From Acidobacteriota bacterium (lineage in GTDB: Bacteria; Acidobacteriota; Terriglobia; Terriglobales; SCQP01), in NCBI GenBank assembly GCA_021818955.1, contig JAKASR010000006.1, positions 14,886 to 78,885 on the forward strand: a stretch of 64,000 nt of DNA, in the 5' to 3' direction. Within the stretch, counting starts at the first letter, position 1. Each line of letters opens with the position of its first letter. The notes under the pieces are model-generated. The model did no database searches, was not told the DNA's origin, and saw only the letters and a program-made list of their open reading frames with translations. Of this stretch, positions 16,605 through 27,996 are shown piece by piece. The position numbers and the translations under genes are program-made.

Positions 16605-17030
16605 ATGCGGACTTATGTTCCCAAAGCCACCGAACTGGCGCCCAAATGGTACCTGGTGGACGCCCAGGGTCAAGTCCTGGGCCGGGTGGCGGCCCGGGTT
16701 GCCAGCCTGCTGCGGGGCAAGCAGAATCCCCGCTTCACTCCCTACATGTCCACCGGCGAGCATGTAATCGTCATCAATGCCGCCAAGATCAAAATTACCG
16801 GCAGCAAGCTTGGAAGCAAGCAATACCATCACTTCACCGGATATCCTGGGGGCTTGAAAACCAAGAACATGCAGCCTCGCTTCGCTCTTCAACCCGAGGC
16901 GGTGCTGCGTGACGCCATCGTCGGCATGCTGCCCAAAACCACTTTAGGCAAGCATCTGGCGCGCAACTTGCGAGTTTATGGCGATGACAAGCATCCTCAT
17001 TTCGGGCAACAGCCCGAAGCGGTAAGCTGA
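16605..17030 (+). CDS. rplM: 50S ribosomal protein L13
   Basis: MRTYVPKATELAPKWYLVDAQGQVLGRVA... GAGGA lies 9 nt upstream of ATG 16605. The ORF-track TTG at 16599 is too close to the SD. Confidence 0.95.
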   Translation: MRTYVPKATELAPKWYLVDAQGQVLGRVAARVASLLRGKQNPRFTPYMSTGEHVIVINAAKIKITGSKLGSKQYHHFTGYPGGLKTKNMQPRFALQPEAVLRDAIVGMLPKTTLGKHLARNLRVYGDDKHPHFGQQPEAVS

Positions 17031-17057
17031 GCTTGATTTTTGAAGGAAAATAATTCC

Positions 17058-17450
17058 ATGGCGTTAACCCAATATCAGGGCACCGGCCGCAGAAAGAGTT
17101 CAGTGGCGCGCGTCTGGTTGCGCCCCGGCAGCGGCCAGATCCGCATCAATGGGCGCGAATTTGTGCGCTATTTCACTACCCCGGCGCTGCGCTTGCAGGC
17201 GGAACAGCCCCTGCAGGTACTGGAATTGGCTTCTCAGTTCGACGTGCATGCCAACATTGATGGCGGCGGGCTGGCTGGCCAGAGCGGAGCGCTCCGGCTC
17301 GGCATTGCCCGCGCCCTGCTCGCCTACAATGCCGAGTTGCGCCCGCGACTGCGCTCGCTTGGCTTGTTGACACGCGATGCCCGCATCAAAGAGCGCAAAA
17401 AGTACGGGCAGAAGGGCGCCCGCAAGCGTTTTCAGTTCTCGAAACGGTAA
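17058..17450 (+). CDS. rpsI: 30S ribosomal protein S9
   Basis: MALTQYQGTGRRKSSVARV...KKYGQKGARKRFQFSKR. Confidence 0.95.
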   Translation: MALTQYQGTGRRKSSVARVWLRPGSGQIRINGREFVRYFTTPALRLQAEQPLQVLELASQFDVHANIDGGGLAGQSGALRLGIARALLAYNAELRPRLRSLGLLTRDARIKERKKYGQKGARKRFQFSKR

Positions 17451-17492
17451 GGATTCATGTCAAGACGTGGAAATCTTCCGCAAGGAATCTCA

Positions 17493-17520
17493 ATCCCGCC
17501 CGGCGGGATGTCAGCTTTTT
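17493..17520 (+). terminator. Possible attenuator/terminator hairpin between rpsI and rpsB
   Basis: ATCCCGC-CCG-GCGGGAT (7-bp stem) followed by GTCAGCTTTTT. It lies immediately before the rpsB SD AAGGAGG. Confidence 0.35.
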
Positions 17521-17531
17521 AAGGAGGTTGA

Positions 17532-18455
<924 letters not shown>

Positions 18456-18481
18456 GCCGTAAACATCGCTGATTGAACACC

Positions 18482-19087
18482 ATGGAAATTTCCGCTGCTT
18501 TAGTTAAGCAACTCCGTGACCGTACCGGCGCGCCCATGATGCACTGCAAAACCGCACTGGTGGAGGCCAAAGGCGATATTGCCCAAGCCGAAATCCTGTT
18601 GCGGCAGAAGGGGTTGGCCAGCGCCCGGCAAAAGGCCGCGCGGGTCACCAAAGAAGGGGCGATCGGCGCCTACATTCACGCCGGCGGCAAAATTGGCGTG
18701 CTGGTCGAAATCGACTGCGAAAGCGATTTCGTGGCCCGCACACCCGAGTTTCAACAACTGCTGCACGATATCGCCATGCACATCGCCGCCGCCGACCCGC
18801 GCTATCTGGACCGCGAATCGGTGCCGGAAGAAGTGCGCGAGCGCGAACGCTCGATTTATCGCGCGCAAATTGAGGGGCAGAACAAGCCCCCGGCGGTGGC
18901 GGAAAAAATCATTGCCGGCCGGCTAGAAAAGTTTTATGAGGAAATCTGCCTGCTTGATCAGCACTTTATCAAGGACGATAAGCTGACTGTTCGCGAGCTG
19001 GTCGCCGGCAAAGTGGCGCAATTCGGCGAAAATGTCACGCTGCGCCGCTTCACCCGCTTCAAGGTTGGCGACAACTCCGCCGCCTGA
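18482..19087 (+). CDS. tsf: Translation elongation factor Ts
   Basis: MEISAALVKQLRDRTGAPMMHCKTALVEA. Confidence 0.95.
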   Translation: MEISAALVKQLRDRTGAPMMHCKTALVEAKGDIAQAEILLRQKGLASARQKAARVTKEGAIGAYIHAGGKIGVLVEIDCESDFVARTPEFQQLLHDIAMHIAAADPRYLDRESVPEEVRERERSIYRAQIEGQNKPPAVAEKIIAGRLEKFYEEICLLDQHFIKDDKLTVRELVAGKVAQFGENVTLRRFTRFKVGDNSAA

Positions 19088-19121
19088 GCCGGCGGCGAGG
19101 CGAGCGAATGCCACAACGCGC

Positions 19122-19856
19122 ATGGCTTATAAACGCATCCTGCTGAAACTTTCGGGTGAGGCGCTGGCCGGCGGCCAGAGTTTCGGCATTGATCCGGAGA
19201 AACTGAGCTTTCTCGCCGACGAGGTGGTCGCGGTCCAACACGATGGCGTGGAAGTCGCGCTGGTGCTGGGCGGCGGCAATTTCTTTCGTGGTGTCTCGCA
19301 ACAGGCCCGCCACATGGACCGAGTCGCCGCCGACCAGATGGGCATGCTCGCTACCGTCATCAACGGGCTGGCAATGCAGGACGCGCTGGAAAGCCGCGGC
19401 CTCAAAACCCGACTGATGAGCGCGGTCGAGATGCAAAAGGTGGCTGAGCCGTTTATCCGCCGCCGCGCCATCCGCCACCTGGAAAAGGGCCGTGCTGTGC
19501 TTTTTGTCGGCGGCACCGGCAGCCCCTATTTTTCAACGGACACCGCCGCCGCCTTGCGGGCCATGGAAATCAAAGCCGACGTGCTGCTCAAGGGCACACA
19601 GGTGGACGGCGTCTATGATGCCGACCCGGCGCTGGTGCCCACCGCGGTCCGCTTCTCCCGGCTCAGTTATCAGGAATTCATCGAGCGTAACCTGCGCGTG
19701 ATGGATATTTCCGCTATTGCCTTGTGCCGCGACCATCAGCTGCCGGTCGTGGTCTTCAACCTGCATCAGCCCGGCAACGTGCGCCGCGCCGCCGCCGGCG
19801 AGCCCTTGGGTTCGCTCATCGGCCCGTCGCAGCCCGCCACCACGCCCCCCGGCTGA
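19122..19856 (+). CDS. pyrH: UMP kinase
   Basis: MAYKRILLKLSGEALAG...LGGGNFFRG. The ORF-track start at 19032 overlaps tsf and is rejected. Confidence 0.95.
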   Translation: MAYKRILLKLSGEALAGGQSFGIDPEKLSFLADEVVAVQHDGVEVALVLGGGNFFRGVSQQARHMDRVAADQMGMLATVINGLAMQDALESRGLKTRLMSAVEMQKVAEPFIRRRAIRHLEKGRAVLFVGGTGSPYFSTDTAAALRAMEIKADVLLKGTQVDGVYDADPALVPTAVRFSRLSYQEFIERNLRVMDISAIALCRDHQLPVVVFNLHQPGNVRRAAAGEPLGSLIGPSQPATTPPG

Positions 19857-19877
19857 AACCGTTCTCGAGGGTTAGCC

Positions 19878-20462
19878 ATGTCCGCTGCTTCCGCTTCCGT
19901 TCCCGCCCTGCGCGATACTTTCCAGCAACTCCGCTCTCGCATGGATAAGGCCGTAGCCGATTTTCGCGCCGCTCTGGCCACCATCCGCACCGGACGCGCC
20001 TCCGTGCATTTGCTCGATGGAGTGCGGGTCGAGTACTACGGCACCGCCACGCCACTCAACCAGCTTGCAACTTTGCACGCTCCCGATCCCCAGCTGATTA
20101 CGGTACAACCCTACGACGCTGCCATTTTGCCGGTGATTGAGAAGGCCATCCGCGCCGCCGATTTAGGCCTGAATCCCGCCAATGACGGCAAGTTGCTTCG
20201 CCTCCCCGTTCCCGCGCTGACCGAGGAGCGCCGCAAGGAACTGGCCAAGCATCTGCACAAGGTGCTCGAAGATCATCGCACCGCCATGCGCAACATCCGC
20301 CGCGACGGCAATGAGTCGGTTAAAAGACTGAAGGCCGAAAAAAAAGTCAGCGAGGACGAGGAACGCCGCGCCCACGACGACATTCAGAAACTCACCGATG
20401 ACGAGATCAAACAGCTCGAATCGCTGGCCCAAAATAAAGAAAAAGAAATTATGACGGTCTGA
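19878..20462 (+). CDS. frr: Ribosome recycling factor
   Basis: RTGRASVHLLDGVRVEYYGTATPLNQLA...TEERRKELAK. Confidence 0.95.
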   Translation: MSAASASVPALRDTFQQLRSRMDKAVADFRAALATIRTGRASVHLLDGVRVEYYGTATPLNQLATLHAPDPQLITVQPYDAAILPVIEKAIRAADLGLNPANDGKLLRLPVPALTEERRKELAKHLHKVLEDHRTAMRNIRRDGNESVKRLKAEKKVSEDEERRAHDDIQKLTDDEIKQLESLAQNKEKEIMTV

Positions 20463-20651
20463 ACCTGATCCCAGGGCGCACTCTGGCTTCCGCCGGAATT
20501 TCAACGTGCTGTCCCCGGCATCTATAACGGTCACCAAACCGGCGATGAGGGAGCCGTATCGGCGAGACATCCGCTCGTTCGTTTTTTTGTTTCGCAGCCA
20601 CCCAAAATTGCCGCGGCGGCGGCAATCCGTTAGCATGTGTCTCGGGCCGTC

Positions 20652-22070
20652 ATGAAAACCAAAATTCTGATTTCCGCCAGCATCATTTTTCTCGCCGTCC
20701 TAAAAACTTGCGCGCAATTTCCGGGTATTCACATGACGGCCGCCCAGCGCGCCACGATGCGGGCGCAGCAACGCGCAACCCATGCCGACTATGAGCGCAT
20801 GCTCGACATTCTGCATATCCGCCACATGCGCCCTGGCGCGAACGGCTTGAACCCGCACGCGCCTAATTATCAAAATACCGATGAAGCCAAAGCCAACCCC
20901 TATCCGCAACTGCCTAACCCCCTGGTCAGCAACTTGGGCGTGCCGATCACAACGCCGGCGCTCTGGTGGAAGCTGCGCCGGGGGGAAATCGAGCAGGATT
21001 TTGACCGCGACGTCTATGGCTATGTGCCTCGCAACGTGCCCAAAGTCACATGGAAAGTCATCAGCATCAAGCGTGAAACGAATCACGGGATACCGATCAT
21101 CATCCAGCGCCTGGCCGGAGAGGTGGACAATTCCGCCGATCCGTCGATCACGGTCAATATACCGTTAACACTGACGTTGCCGGCGCGCGCCTCCGGCCCG
21201 GTGCCAGTGCTGATTCATTTTGGATTCAACTTCAGTCCGGCCATGATGAAGGCATTGCGGGCCATGCTCAAGGCGCGTGGAGTCAAGCTCCCGCCTGCGC
21301 CCACAGGACCGTCCTGGCAACAGCAGTTGCTCGACGCCGATTGGGGCTACGCCGTCTTGATCCCCACCAGTTATCAGGCCGACAATGGCGCCGGGCTGCG
21401 TAGCGGCATTATCGGGCTGGCTAATCATGGACGCCCGCGCCGGCCATATCAATGGGGCGCTCTGCGCGCGTGGGCATGGGGCGCCAGCCGCGCGCTCGAT
21501 TATCTAGAGACCGATCCCGCCGTCAACGCTCACGCCGTCGCTATCGAGGGACTCTCGCGCTATGGCAAAGCCGCGCTGGTCACCATGGCCTACGACCGCC
21601 GGTTTGCGATCGGTTTAATCGGATCTTCGGGCAAGGCCGGCGCCGCCCTGTATCGCCGCCATTTCGGCGAGCAGATGGGCAACATCGCCGGCGAGGGCGA
21701 ATATCACTGGATGGCCGGAAACTTTCTCAAATTCGATGGCCCGCTCACCGCTAACGATCTGCCCGTGGATTCACATGAACTGATCGCCATGTGCGCACCC
21801 CGTCCCATCTTCATCAGCTATGGATCGCCCCAGGTGGAGGGCACCTGGGTGGATGCGCGGGGTTCGTATATGGCCGCCGTCGCCGCCGATCCGGTTTACG
21901 AATTGTTAGGCAAGCGCGGATTGCCTGCGGCCATGCCCGCGATCGGCACCGCTCTGATCTCAACTCAGATTGGCTGGCGGCAGCACCATGGCGGGCATAC
22001 CGACATTCCCAATTGGCCCGCTTTTATGCGCTTCGCCGCGCGATTTATTCAGCCTCCGCCGCCACGCTAA
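20652..22070 (+). CDS. Secreted carbohydrate esterase, CE15 (glucuronoyl esterase)-like
   Basis: Signal peptide MKTKILISASIIFLAVL. G-x-S-R-x-G nucleophile motif (EGLSRYGKAAL). Conserved C-terminal His region (HHGGHTDIPNW). Confidence 0.55.
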   Translation: MKTKILISASIIFLAVLKTCAQFPGIHMTAAQRATMRAQQRATHADYERMLDILHIRHMRPGANGLNPHAPNYQNTDEAKANPYPQLPNPLVSNLGVPITTPALWWKLRRGEIEQDFDRDVYGYVPRNVPKVTWKVISIKRETNHGIPIIIQRLAGEVDNSADPSITVNIPLTLTLPARASGPVPVLIHFGFNFSPAMMKALRAMLKARGVKLPPAPTGPSWQQQLLDADWGYAVLIPTSYQADNGAGLRSGIIGLANHGRPRRPYQWGALRAWAWGASRALDYLETDPAVNAHAVAIEGLSRYGKAALVTMAYDRRFAIGLIGSSGKAGAALYRRHFGEQMGNIAGEGEYHWMAGNFLKFDGPLTANDLPVDSHELIAMCAPRPIFISYGSPQVEGTWVDARGSYMAAVAADPVYELLGKRGLPAAMPAIGTALISTQIGWRQHHGGHTDIPNWPAFMRFAARFIQPPPPR

Positions 22071-22096
22071 TCGCCGGCAGGCGGAGCCCGGTTTGC

Positions 22097-23971
22097 TTAC
22101 CGCCCCACACGCGCCGGCACCCACTGCAGCACCGTATCGCGAATGGCCGCGGCGTCAATTTTCTGCTGGGCCATCAGTTCTTCCGGCTTGCCGCTACGCG
22201 GCATTTCGCGTACCGCCAAGCGCACCACCCGGACTCCTTCCGGCCCCACCGCCTCCGCCACCGCGTCCCCCAGCCCGCCCGCGGCATGATGGTCCTCGAC
22301 CGTGATCAGCAGGTTCTGGGTTGCCCGCGCCGCTTCCAACAGCAGCGCAGTATCGACTGGACGCACGCTGAACAGGTCAATGACCCGGATGGCGACTCCT
22401 TGGCTTTTCAGCTCATCGGCCGCCTTGAGTGCTTCATTCAAGGTCACGCCCGCCGCGACCACTGTAGCCACGTCCTGATTGCCGGAGCGCAGCAATTTCC
22501 CTTTGCCGATCGCAAACGCCTCTTTGGTGTCGTAGAGAATAGGCTGCTTGGGACGCCCAGTACGAATATAGACGACTCCCGGCTGATGAATCGCCAGTTC
22601 CACGGCACGCCAGGCGCTGGTTGCATCGCTGGGATAAAGCACCGTAGATTCCGGTAGTGCCCGGAACATCGCCAGATCCTCCAACCCCATTTGCGAGCCG
22701 CCATCTTCGCCAATCGAGACGCCAGCATGAGTTCCGACAAATTTCACATTCGAACGCGCCAGTCCCGCCAAGCGGATAAAATCGGCGGCACGGGTTAGAA
22801 AACAGGCGAAGGTGGAAACAAAGGGAATCCGGCCGGCCGCGGCCAGGCCCATGGCCATGCCCACCATATTTTGTTCGGCAATGAAGCCTTCGACGAAACG
22901 GCCCGGCGCCTTGGCCTGGAAATCCTCGGTAAACGTGGAATTTTTCACATCGCCATCGAGCACGCTCAACCGCGTATCGCCCGCGCCGGCGGCGGCCAGC
23001 GCTTCCCCAAACGCTTCGCGTGTCGCCACCGGCTGGGCGCGGTTGAAGTTCGGCGCCGGCATTGGCTCCGGGGGGCGCGTAGTCACATTCGCTCGCGCCG
23101 GCGGCAGCGGGGTGGGGCGCTCGCCCCCAGGCTGCATCTGCGCCTGCAGTTCTCCCAGAGCCTTCTCCGCTTCCTGCGGCTTCAGCGCTTTGCCATGCCA
23201 GTTTTCCTGATCATTGAGAAAAGACACACCGTGGCCTTTGAAAGTCCGCGCCAAAATCACCGTCGGCCGGCCGTGGGTTTCGGCGGCTTGCTCGAATGCC
23301 GCCAGCAGTTGATTCAGATCGTGGCCGTCCACGACCAGCGCCAGCCAGCCAAACGCTGTCCAGCGCCGCTTATAAATTTCCAATTCATGCTGCAGCATGG
23401 TCGGCTGGCTCTGGCCAAGCCGATTCACGTCGACTATTCCGCAAAGCGTATCGACTTGATGGAAGCTGGCCAATTCGGCGGTTTCCCAGACCGAGCCTTC
23501 GGCGTTTTCCCCATCGCCCATCAGCACGTAACTGCGGTATAGGCGTCCATCCATGCGCGCCGCCAAGGCCATGCCTAGCCCTACCGCCAAGCCTTGCCCT
23601 AGCGATCCGGTGGGCACCGCGACGAAGGGCAGCAGAGGAGTGGGGTGCCCTTCCAGATCGGAATCGAAGCGACGCAGCGTTTTTAAATGCTCGCGCGGGA
23701 ATAAATCCAGTTCCGCCCAGGCGGAATACAGCACCGGCGCGGCGTGGCCTTTGGAGAGCACAAAACGGTCGTTGTCGGCGTCCTGCGGATTGCGCGGATC
23801 GAAGCGCATGACGTGGAAAAACAATGCCGCCATGATTTCCGCCGCCGACAGGCAACTGGTCGGATGCCCGCTGCCGGCTGCCGTAGTGGCGTTAATCGAA
23901 TCGATCCTCAACTGAGTGGCGATATTTTGTAAACCGCTAAGGCGCTTGCTGTCCAGGCTGGTAGTGGCCAT
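22097..23971 (-). CDS. tkt: Transketolase
   Basis: 624 aa. Motifs GSGHPTSCLSAAEIMAALF, LSKGHAAPVLY, GDGENAEGSVWE, and a pyrimidine-binding/C-terminal domain. Confidence 0.9.
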   Translation of the reverse strand: MATTSLDSKRLSGLQNIATQLRIDSINATTAAGSGHPTSCLSAAEIMAALFFHVMRFDPRNPQDADNDRFVLSKGHAAPVLYSAWAELDLFPREHLKTLRRFDSDLEGHPTPLLPFVAVPTGSLGQGLAVGLGMALAARMDGRLYRSYVLMGDGENAEGSVWETAELASFHQVDTLCGIVDVNRLGQSQPTMLQHELEIYKRRWTAFGWLALVVDGHDLNQLLAAFEQAAETHGRPTVILARTFKGHGVSFLNDQENWHGKALKPQEAEKALGELQAQMQPGGERPTPLPPARANVTTRPPEPMPAPNFNRAQPVATREAFGEALAAAGAGDTRLSVLDGDVKNSTFTEDFQAKAPGRFVEGFIAEQNMVGMAMGLAAAGRIPFVSTFACFLTRAADFIRLAGLARSNVKFVGTHAGVSIGEDGGSQMGLEDLAMFRALPESTVLYPSDATSAWRAVELAIHQPGVVYIRTGRPKQPILYDTKEAFAIGKGKLLRSGNQDVATVVAAGVTLNEALKAADELKSQGVAIRVIDLFSVRPVDTALLLEAARATQNLLITVEDHHAAGGLGDAVAEAVGPEGVRVVRLAVREMPRSGKPEELMAQQKIDAAAIRDTVLQWVPARVGR

Positions 23972-24111
23972 GATGGGAGACTCCGCAAGATGTGTGGCGA
24001 CGGCTGCTGCCCTTCAATTCCTTATCGTACCAGCAGCCGAAGCCGGCGAGACCGGGCGCCCCGCGCGAGCCCCAGCTTAGTTAAAATAAAAGAATCCAGC
24101 CGGATTTGGCT

Positions 24112-25065
24112 ATGGGCTTAAAAACCGTCTATATTCTGAAACCGCGTGGCTTTTGCGCCGGCGTGGTGCGCGCCGTCGAGGCGGTGGAGAGCGCGCTCGA
24201 TAACTTCGGCCCACCGATATATGTGCTCAAGGAAATCGTCCATAACCGCGCCGTGATCAGCGCTTTGGAAGCGCGCGGCGCGATCTTTGTACCCGCCCTG
24301 GACTGTGTTCCCGAAGGAGCGCGAGTGTTTTTCAGCGCCCACGGCGTGGCGCCTCAGCTTTGGGATGAAGCCCGCGCCCGCAACCTGGAAATTATCGACG
24401 CCACTTGTCCCCTGGTCAGCAAAGTGCACTTCGAGGCGCGCGATTACCTTCGCCGCGGAACGGGCCTCATCATCATCGGCCACCGCTCCCATGATGAGAT
24501 TATTGGTTTGCTCGGCGAAGTGCCGCACGGCACGCCTGTGGTCGAGACAGTCGAGCAGGCCGAAGCGTTGGAAATCGCTCAACCCGATCGCCTGGCCTAT
24601 CTGACCCAAACCACCTTGAGCCTGGACGAAACCGCCGCAATCATCGCCGTTCTGCGCCGCCGCTTTCCGACCATCCTCGCGCCTAAAGCCCAGGACATTT
24701 GCTACGCTACGCAAAACCGCCAGACCGCGCTCAAGCTTGCCGCGCCCCAGTTGGATCTGGTCTTAGTCGTCGGATCGGAAAATAGCTCCAACTCGCTTCG
24801 CCTGGTCGAGGTGGCGCGCAACGCCGGCACTCCCGCTTACCGCATCGAAAACGCCGCTTCGATCCGTCCGGAGTGGCTGCACCCGGTCGAACGCCTCGGC
24901 TTGACTGCCGGCGCTTCCGCCCCGGAAACACTGGTGCAAGAAGTGGTCGCCGAGTTACGCAACCGTTTCGGCTTTACCCGGGTCGAGGAAACCGGCGAAG
25001 TAGACGAAAACGTGCGCTTCAGCCTGCCGGCCGAGGTGGTTCCCATAGCTTCCCGCCAGGCGTAA
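24112..25065 (+). CDS. ispH: 4-hydroxy-3-methylbut-2-enyl diphosphate reductase
   Basis: PRGFCAGVVRAV, IDATCPLVSKVH, and SSNSLRLVEV. Confidence 0.9.
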   Translation: MGLKTVYILKPRGFCAGVVRAVEAVESALDNFGPPIYVLKEIVHNRAVISALEARGAIFVPALDCVPEGARVFFSAHGVAPQLWDEARARNLEIIDATCPLVSKVHFEARDYLRRGTGLIIIGHRSHDEIIGLLGEVPHGTPVVETVEQAEALEIAQPDRLAYLTQTTLSLDETAAIIAVLRRRFPTILAPKAQDICYATQNRQTALKLAAPQLDLVLVVGSENSSNSLRLVEVARNAGTPAYRIENAASIRPEWLHPVERLGLTAGASAPETLVQEVVAELRNRFGFTRVEETGEVDENVRFSLPAEVVPIASRQA

Positions 25066-25083
25066 CGGCTTCCCTGTTTATTC

Positions 25084-25584
25084 TTATTTCAGCGCCGCTC
25101 CCACCGCCGCCGGCAACTGATTGGCATGACTGAGCAGCAGGCTTACTTGCCACATCTGTTCCTGCGACAGCTTGGATTGAAACGCCGGCATGCCGCTCAG
25201 CCGGATACCGTTTTTAACTTTCCAGAAGGTGATCCCCACCGGGTCGTCGGTGACCATTCCGTGCGCGGTAAACAGTTGGGGCGGGCGTGGAAACATACCT
25301 TCCGCAATTTTGGAATTTTGATGCGGCTCGCCATGGCAGAAGGCGCAGTTGTGGTTATACACCATTACCCCGCCAAATAAATTATCGGAGTTTACCGGCA
25401 GCGGCGACTTCAATTTGGCTGCCGGAGCCACCGTCGCGTGCAAGGCTGTTTTGGCAAAAAAGGTTTCCATCGGCAACGGCCCGGAGTTGGTCGCGACGGG
25501 CGCATGGCCGCTGCGAACGTACAGGAATGCACCCACAAAAATCGCCACCCAGCCTAAAATCCAGCCCAGAATGAATTTTTTCAT
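25084..25584 (-). CDS. Membrane-anchored mono-haem c-type cytochrome
   Basis: N-terminal TM helix. Single CxxCH (CAFCHG). Distal Met candidate in LSGMPAF. Confidence 0.75.
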   Translation of the reverse strand: MKKFILGWILGWVAIFVGAFLYVRSGHAPVATNSGPLPMETFFAKTALHATVAPAAKLKSPLPVNSDNLFGGVMVYNHNCAFCHGEPHQNSKIAEGMFPRPPQLFTAHGMVTDDPVGITFWKVKNGIRLSGMPAFQSKLSQEQMWQVSLLLSHANQLPAAVGAALK

Positions 25585-25708
25585 GCCGCCTTCGCTCTCT
25601 CTTCAGCGGCGCGCCCAGGGCGCGCAACGCCGGAATGCGTGTCAATGTAAGCAGTGTACGCTATCCAGCATCGTTTCCAAACTCCCGCTCGTGCTGGCGG
25701 CCGCCACC

Positions 25709-26074
25709 CTATTCGTCGCCCCAATACTCGATGGCCAGCCGGCGGGTTTCCCAGAGCTCCACGCCCAAATGAAGCGGCGCGGGCAGATGCGGCCGTAACC
25801 GCTGCCAAATCCACTCCGCCAGCGCCTCGGCGCTGGGATAGGGCAACAGCGCGTTCAGGTCCTGATGGTCGAGCGCCGCGATAATCCGGGTATTTACCAA
25901 GGCGGTGAGTTGGCGCGCATCATACAGCATGGCGCCGGATTGGAAATGGCCCTCCAGCCATAGCGCCAGTTCATAATCGTGCCCGTGCGGATGCGCATCG
26001 CAGCCATCCTCGCCGGGGAAATGATGCTGGGCGTTGAAGTGAAATCCCGATTTATGCAAGCGCACGCGCGGCAT
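25709..26074 (-). CDS. 6-carboxytetrahydropterin / 6-pyruvoyl-tetrahydropterin synthase family (QueD-like)
   Basis: 121 aa. FHFNAQHHFPG...CDAHPHGHDYEL (His triad region). Confidence 0.7.
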   Translation of the reverse strand: MPRVRLHKSGFHFNAQHHFPGEDGCDAHPHGHDYELALWLEGHFQSGAMLYDARQLTALVNTRIIAALDHQDLNALLPYPSAEALAEWIWQRLRPHLPAPLHLGVELWETRRLAIEYWGDE

Positions 26075-26217
26075 CGAACGTCAGTTTAGCAAAACAGCCA
26101 TAATGGAAGCCTAGGAAAGAAATTTGGTTCAAACCGCTCGCATTATAGCCGGCGTGGAAGAGGCGCAGAAATGAGTTCCACAAGGCGCCGCCACCCCACC
26201 GGCTATTACCCGAAGCC

Positions 26218-26961
26218 ATGATCGTTCCGGCGATTGATTTCGCGCACGGCAAAGTCGTGCAACTGGTGCAAGGCGAACGGCTCGCCCTGGAACGCGAACT
26301 CGAGCCGGTGCTCGAAGCCATGCGCGGCTTCCCCTGGCTGCAGGTAATTGATCTGGATGCCGCCAAGGGAGAAGGCGATAACCGCGACTTGGTTCGCCGC
26401 TGCTGCCAGGCCGGCCATCGGGTGCGAGTAGGCGGCGGGTTGCGCTCGCTCGAGCGCGCCCGCGAAGTCCTGGAGTGGGGTGCCGAACGGGTCATCCTTT
26501 CCAGCGCCTTGTTCCGCGGCGAGCTGCCCGACTACGATCTATTGCACGCCTTACAGATCCTGGGCCGGCAGCATCTGGTTTTCGCCGTAGATGCCCGAGG
26601 CGGCCAGGTTGCGGTCCAGGGATGGCGGCATCGGCTACCGCTCACGCCGGAACAGGCCATGGCCGCGCTCGAGCCGTATGGCGGCGAGTTTCTTTATACG
26701 CATGTGGATACGGAAGGCTTGATGCAAGGCATGCCGCTGGATCGCATTCGCATCTTGCGCGCCGCTACCCGCCTCCCGCTGACCATCGCCGGTGGTATCG
26801 CCAGCCTAGATCAGCTCCAGGCACTGGACGATTTGAACTGTCATGCCGTGCTCGGTATGGCAATGTATACCGGCCTGCTCGATTGGAGTGCTTTACGGGC
26901 CTTTAATGACGGCGCTCAAACCCGGTTTGAAGGCGACAGAAACGAGCAGCCCGTCTTCTGA
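26218..26961 (+). CDS. HisA/HisF-family (beta/alpha)8 barrel protein (ProFAR isomerase-like)
   Basis: MIVPAIDFAHGKVVQLVQGE...VIDLDAAKG...IAGGIASL. It is not embedded in a his operon. Confidence 0.6.
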   Translation: MIVPAIDFAHGKVVQLVQGERLALERELEPVLEAMRGFPWLQVIDLDAAKGEGDNRDLVRRCCQAGHRVRVGGGLRSLERAREVLEWGAERVILSSALFRGELPDYDLLHALQILGRQHLVFAVDARGGQVAVQGWRHRLPLTPEQAMAALEPYGGEFLYTHVDTEGLMQGMPLDRIRILRAATRLPLTIAGGIASLDQLQALDDLNCHAVLGMAMYTGLLDWSALRAFNDGAQTRFEGDRNEQPVF

Positions 26962-26966
26962 CGCCT

Positions 26967-27950
26967 ATGCGAGTCGTTATCTCCGTTCGCCATCGCGGCC
27001 CTTTGTGGAATTGGCCCTCCGACGCCACCGAGCGTTTGCAGCGTGAATTTCCCCAGGTGGAATTTGTCGAGATTAGCGATCCCGCGCAGTTGGAGCCCGC
27101 GCTCGCCCCAGCAGAAGTGTATGTGGGCTGGCGGCTTTCGCCGGAACAGTTCGCCGCCGCGCCCCGCCTGGCCTGGATCCATTCACCCGCCGCTGCCGTG
27201 CATCAATTATTGTTTCCCGCGCTGGTCGCCTCGCCCGTGCGCCTCACGAGCGCCCGCGCCGCGCACGGTCCGGTCGTTGCAGCCCATGCGCTAGCTTTAA
27301 TGCTGGCCCTGGCGCGCGGCCTACATCGCGCCCGCGATCTGCAGCACCGCGCCGAGTGGTCGCCCACTACGCTGCTCCAAGCTCCAGGCGGCATCCGCGA
27401 ACTGCGCGGCGAAACCGCCCTGATCGCCGGCCTGGGCGAGATTGGCCGCGCTCTGGTTCAACATTTGAAGCAGCAGCAGATGCGAGTGCTGGCGCTGCGC
27501 CGCCGCCCGGAACTCGGTTCCGAAGGCGCCGATGAAGTTTATGCGCCCGATCAGTTGCCGGCCCTCCTGCCTCAGTCGCAATGGCTGGTGCTGGCCGTGC
27601 CGGTTACCGATTCCACTCGCGCCTGGGTTGGCGCCCATGAGCTGGCGCGTATGCGCGCCGACGCGTTTCTGATCAATGTCGGTCGCGGCGCCCTGGTGGA
27701 TGAACCCGCCCTGGCGGAGGCATTGCGCCATGCTCGCATCGCCGGCGCCGGCCTGGATGTCTTCGAGCAGGAGCCGTTGCCGCCCGGTTCCCCCTTATGG
27801 TCGTTGCCTTCCGTCCTGATTACACCGCACACCGCCGGCGCGACGCCCGCATTATGGGAGCGGCAGCGCGAAATATTTGCCGAAAACCTGCGACGCTATC
27901 TTGCCCATGAGCCGCTGCGGTATGAGTTAGATAAACAGCGCGGCTATTGA
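26967..27950 (+). CDS. D-isomer-specific 2-hydroxyacid dehydrogenase, NAD-binding
   Basis: IAGLGEIGRAL (GxGxxG). INVGRGALVDE. DVFEQEPLP...ITPHTAG. Confidence 0.8.
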   Translation: MRVVISVRHRGPLWNWPSDATERLQREFPQVEFVEISDPAQLEPALAPAEVYVGWRLSPEQFAAAPRLAWIHSPAAAVHQLLFPALVASPVRLTSARAAHGPVVAAHALALMLALARGLHRARDLQHRAEWSPTTLLQAPGGIRELRGETALIAGLGEIGRALVQHLKQQQMRVLALRRRPELGSEGADEVYAPDQLPALLPQSQWLVLAVPVTDSTRAWVGAHELARMRADAFLINVGRGALVDEPALAEALRHARIAGAGLDVFEQEPLPPGSPLWSLPSVLITPHTAGATPALWERQREIFAENLRRYLAHEPLRYELDKQRGY

Positions 27951-27996
27951 CTCCACGCACGGCCACGCATTGAACGAAAGCTGGTAAGGTGGTTTT

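Noticed and set aside
20607-20626. Perfect hairpin ATTGCCGC-GGCG-GCGGCAAT between frr and the esterase gene, considered as the frr operon terminator.
   Set aside because: On the + strand it is preceded by a short A-run but not followed by a T-run. The T-run would follow only on the minus strand, where no gene reads into it. The T7 run at 20582-20588 has only a weak 4-bp stem in front of it. No confident terminator call was made.
26075-26217. preQ1-type riboswitch upstream of the queD-like gene.
   Set aside because: I could not find the conserved preQ1-I/II core sequences on the minus strand. Only a possible TATAAT -10 box (complement of 26142-26147) is visible.
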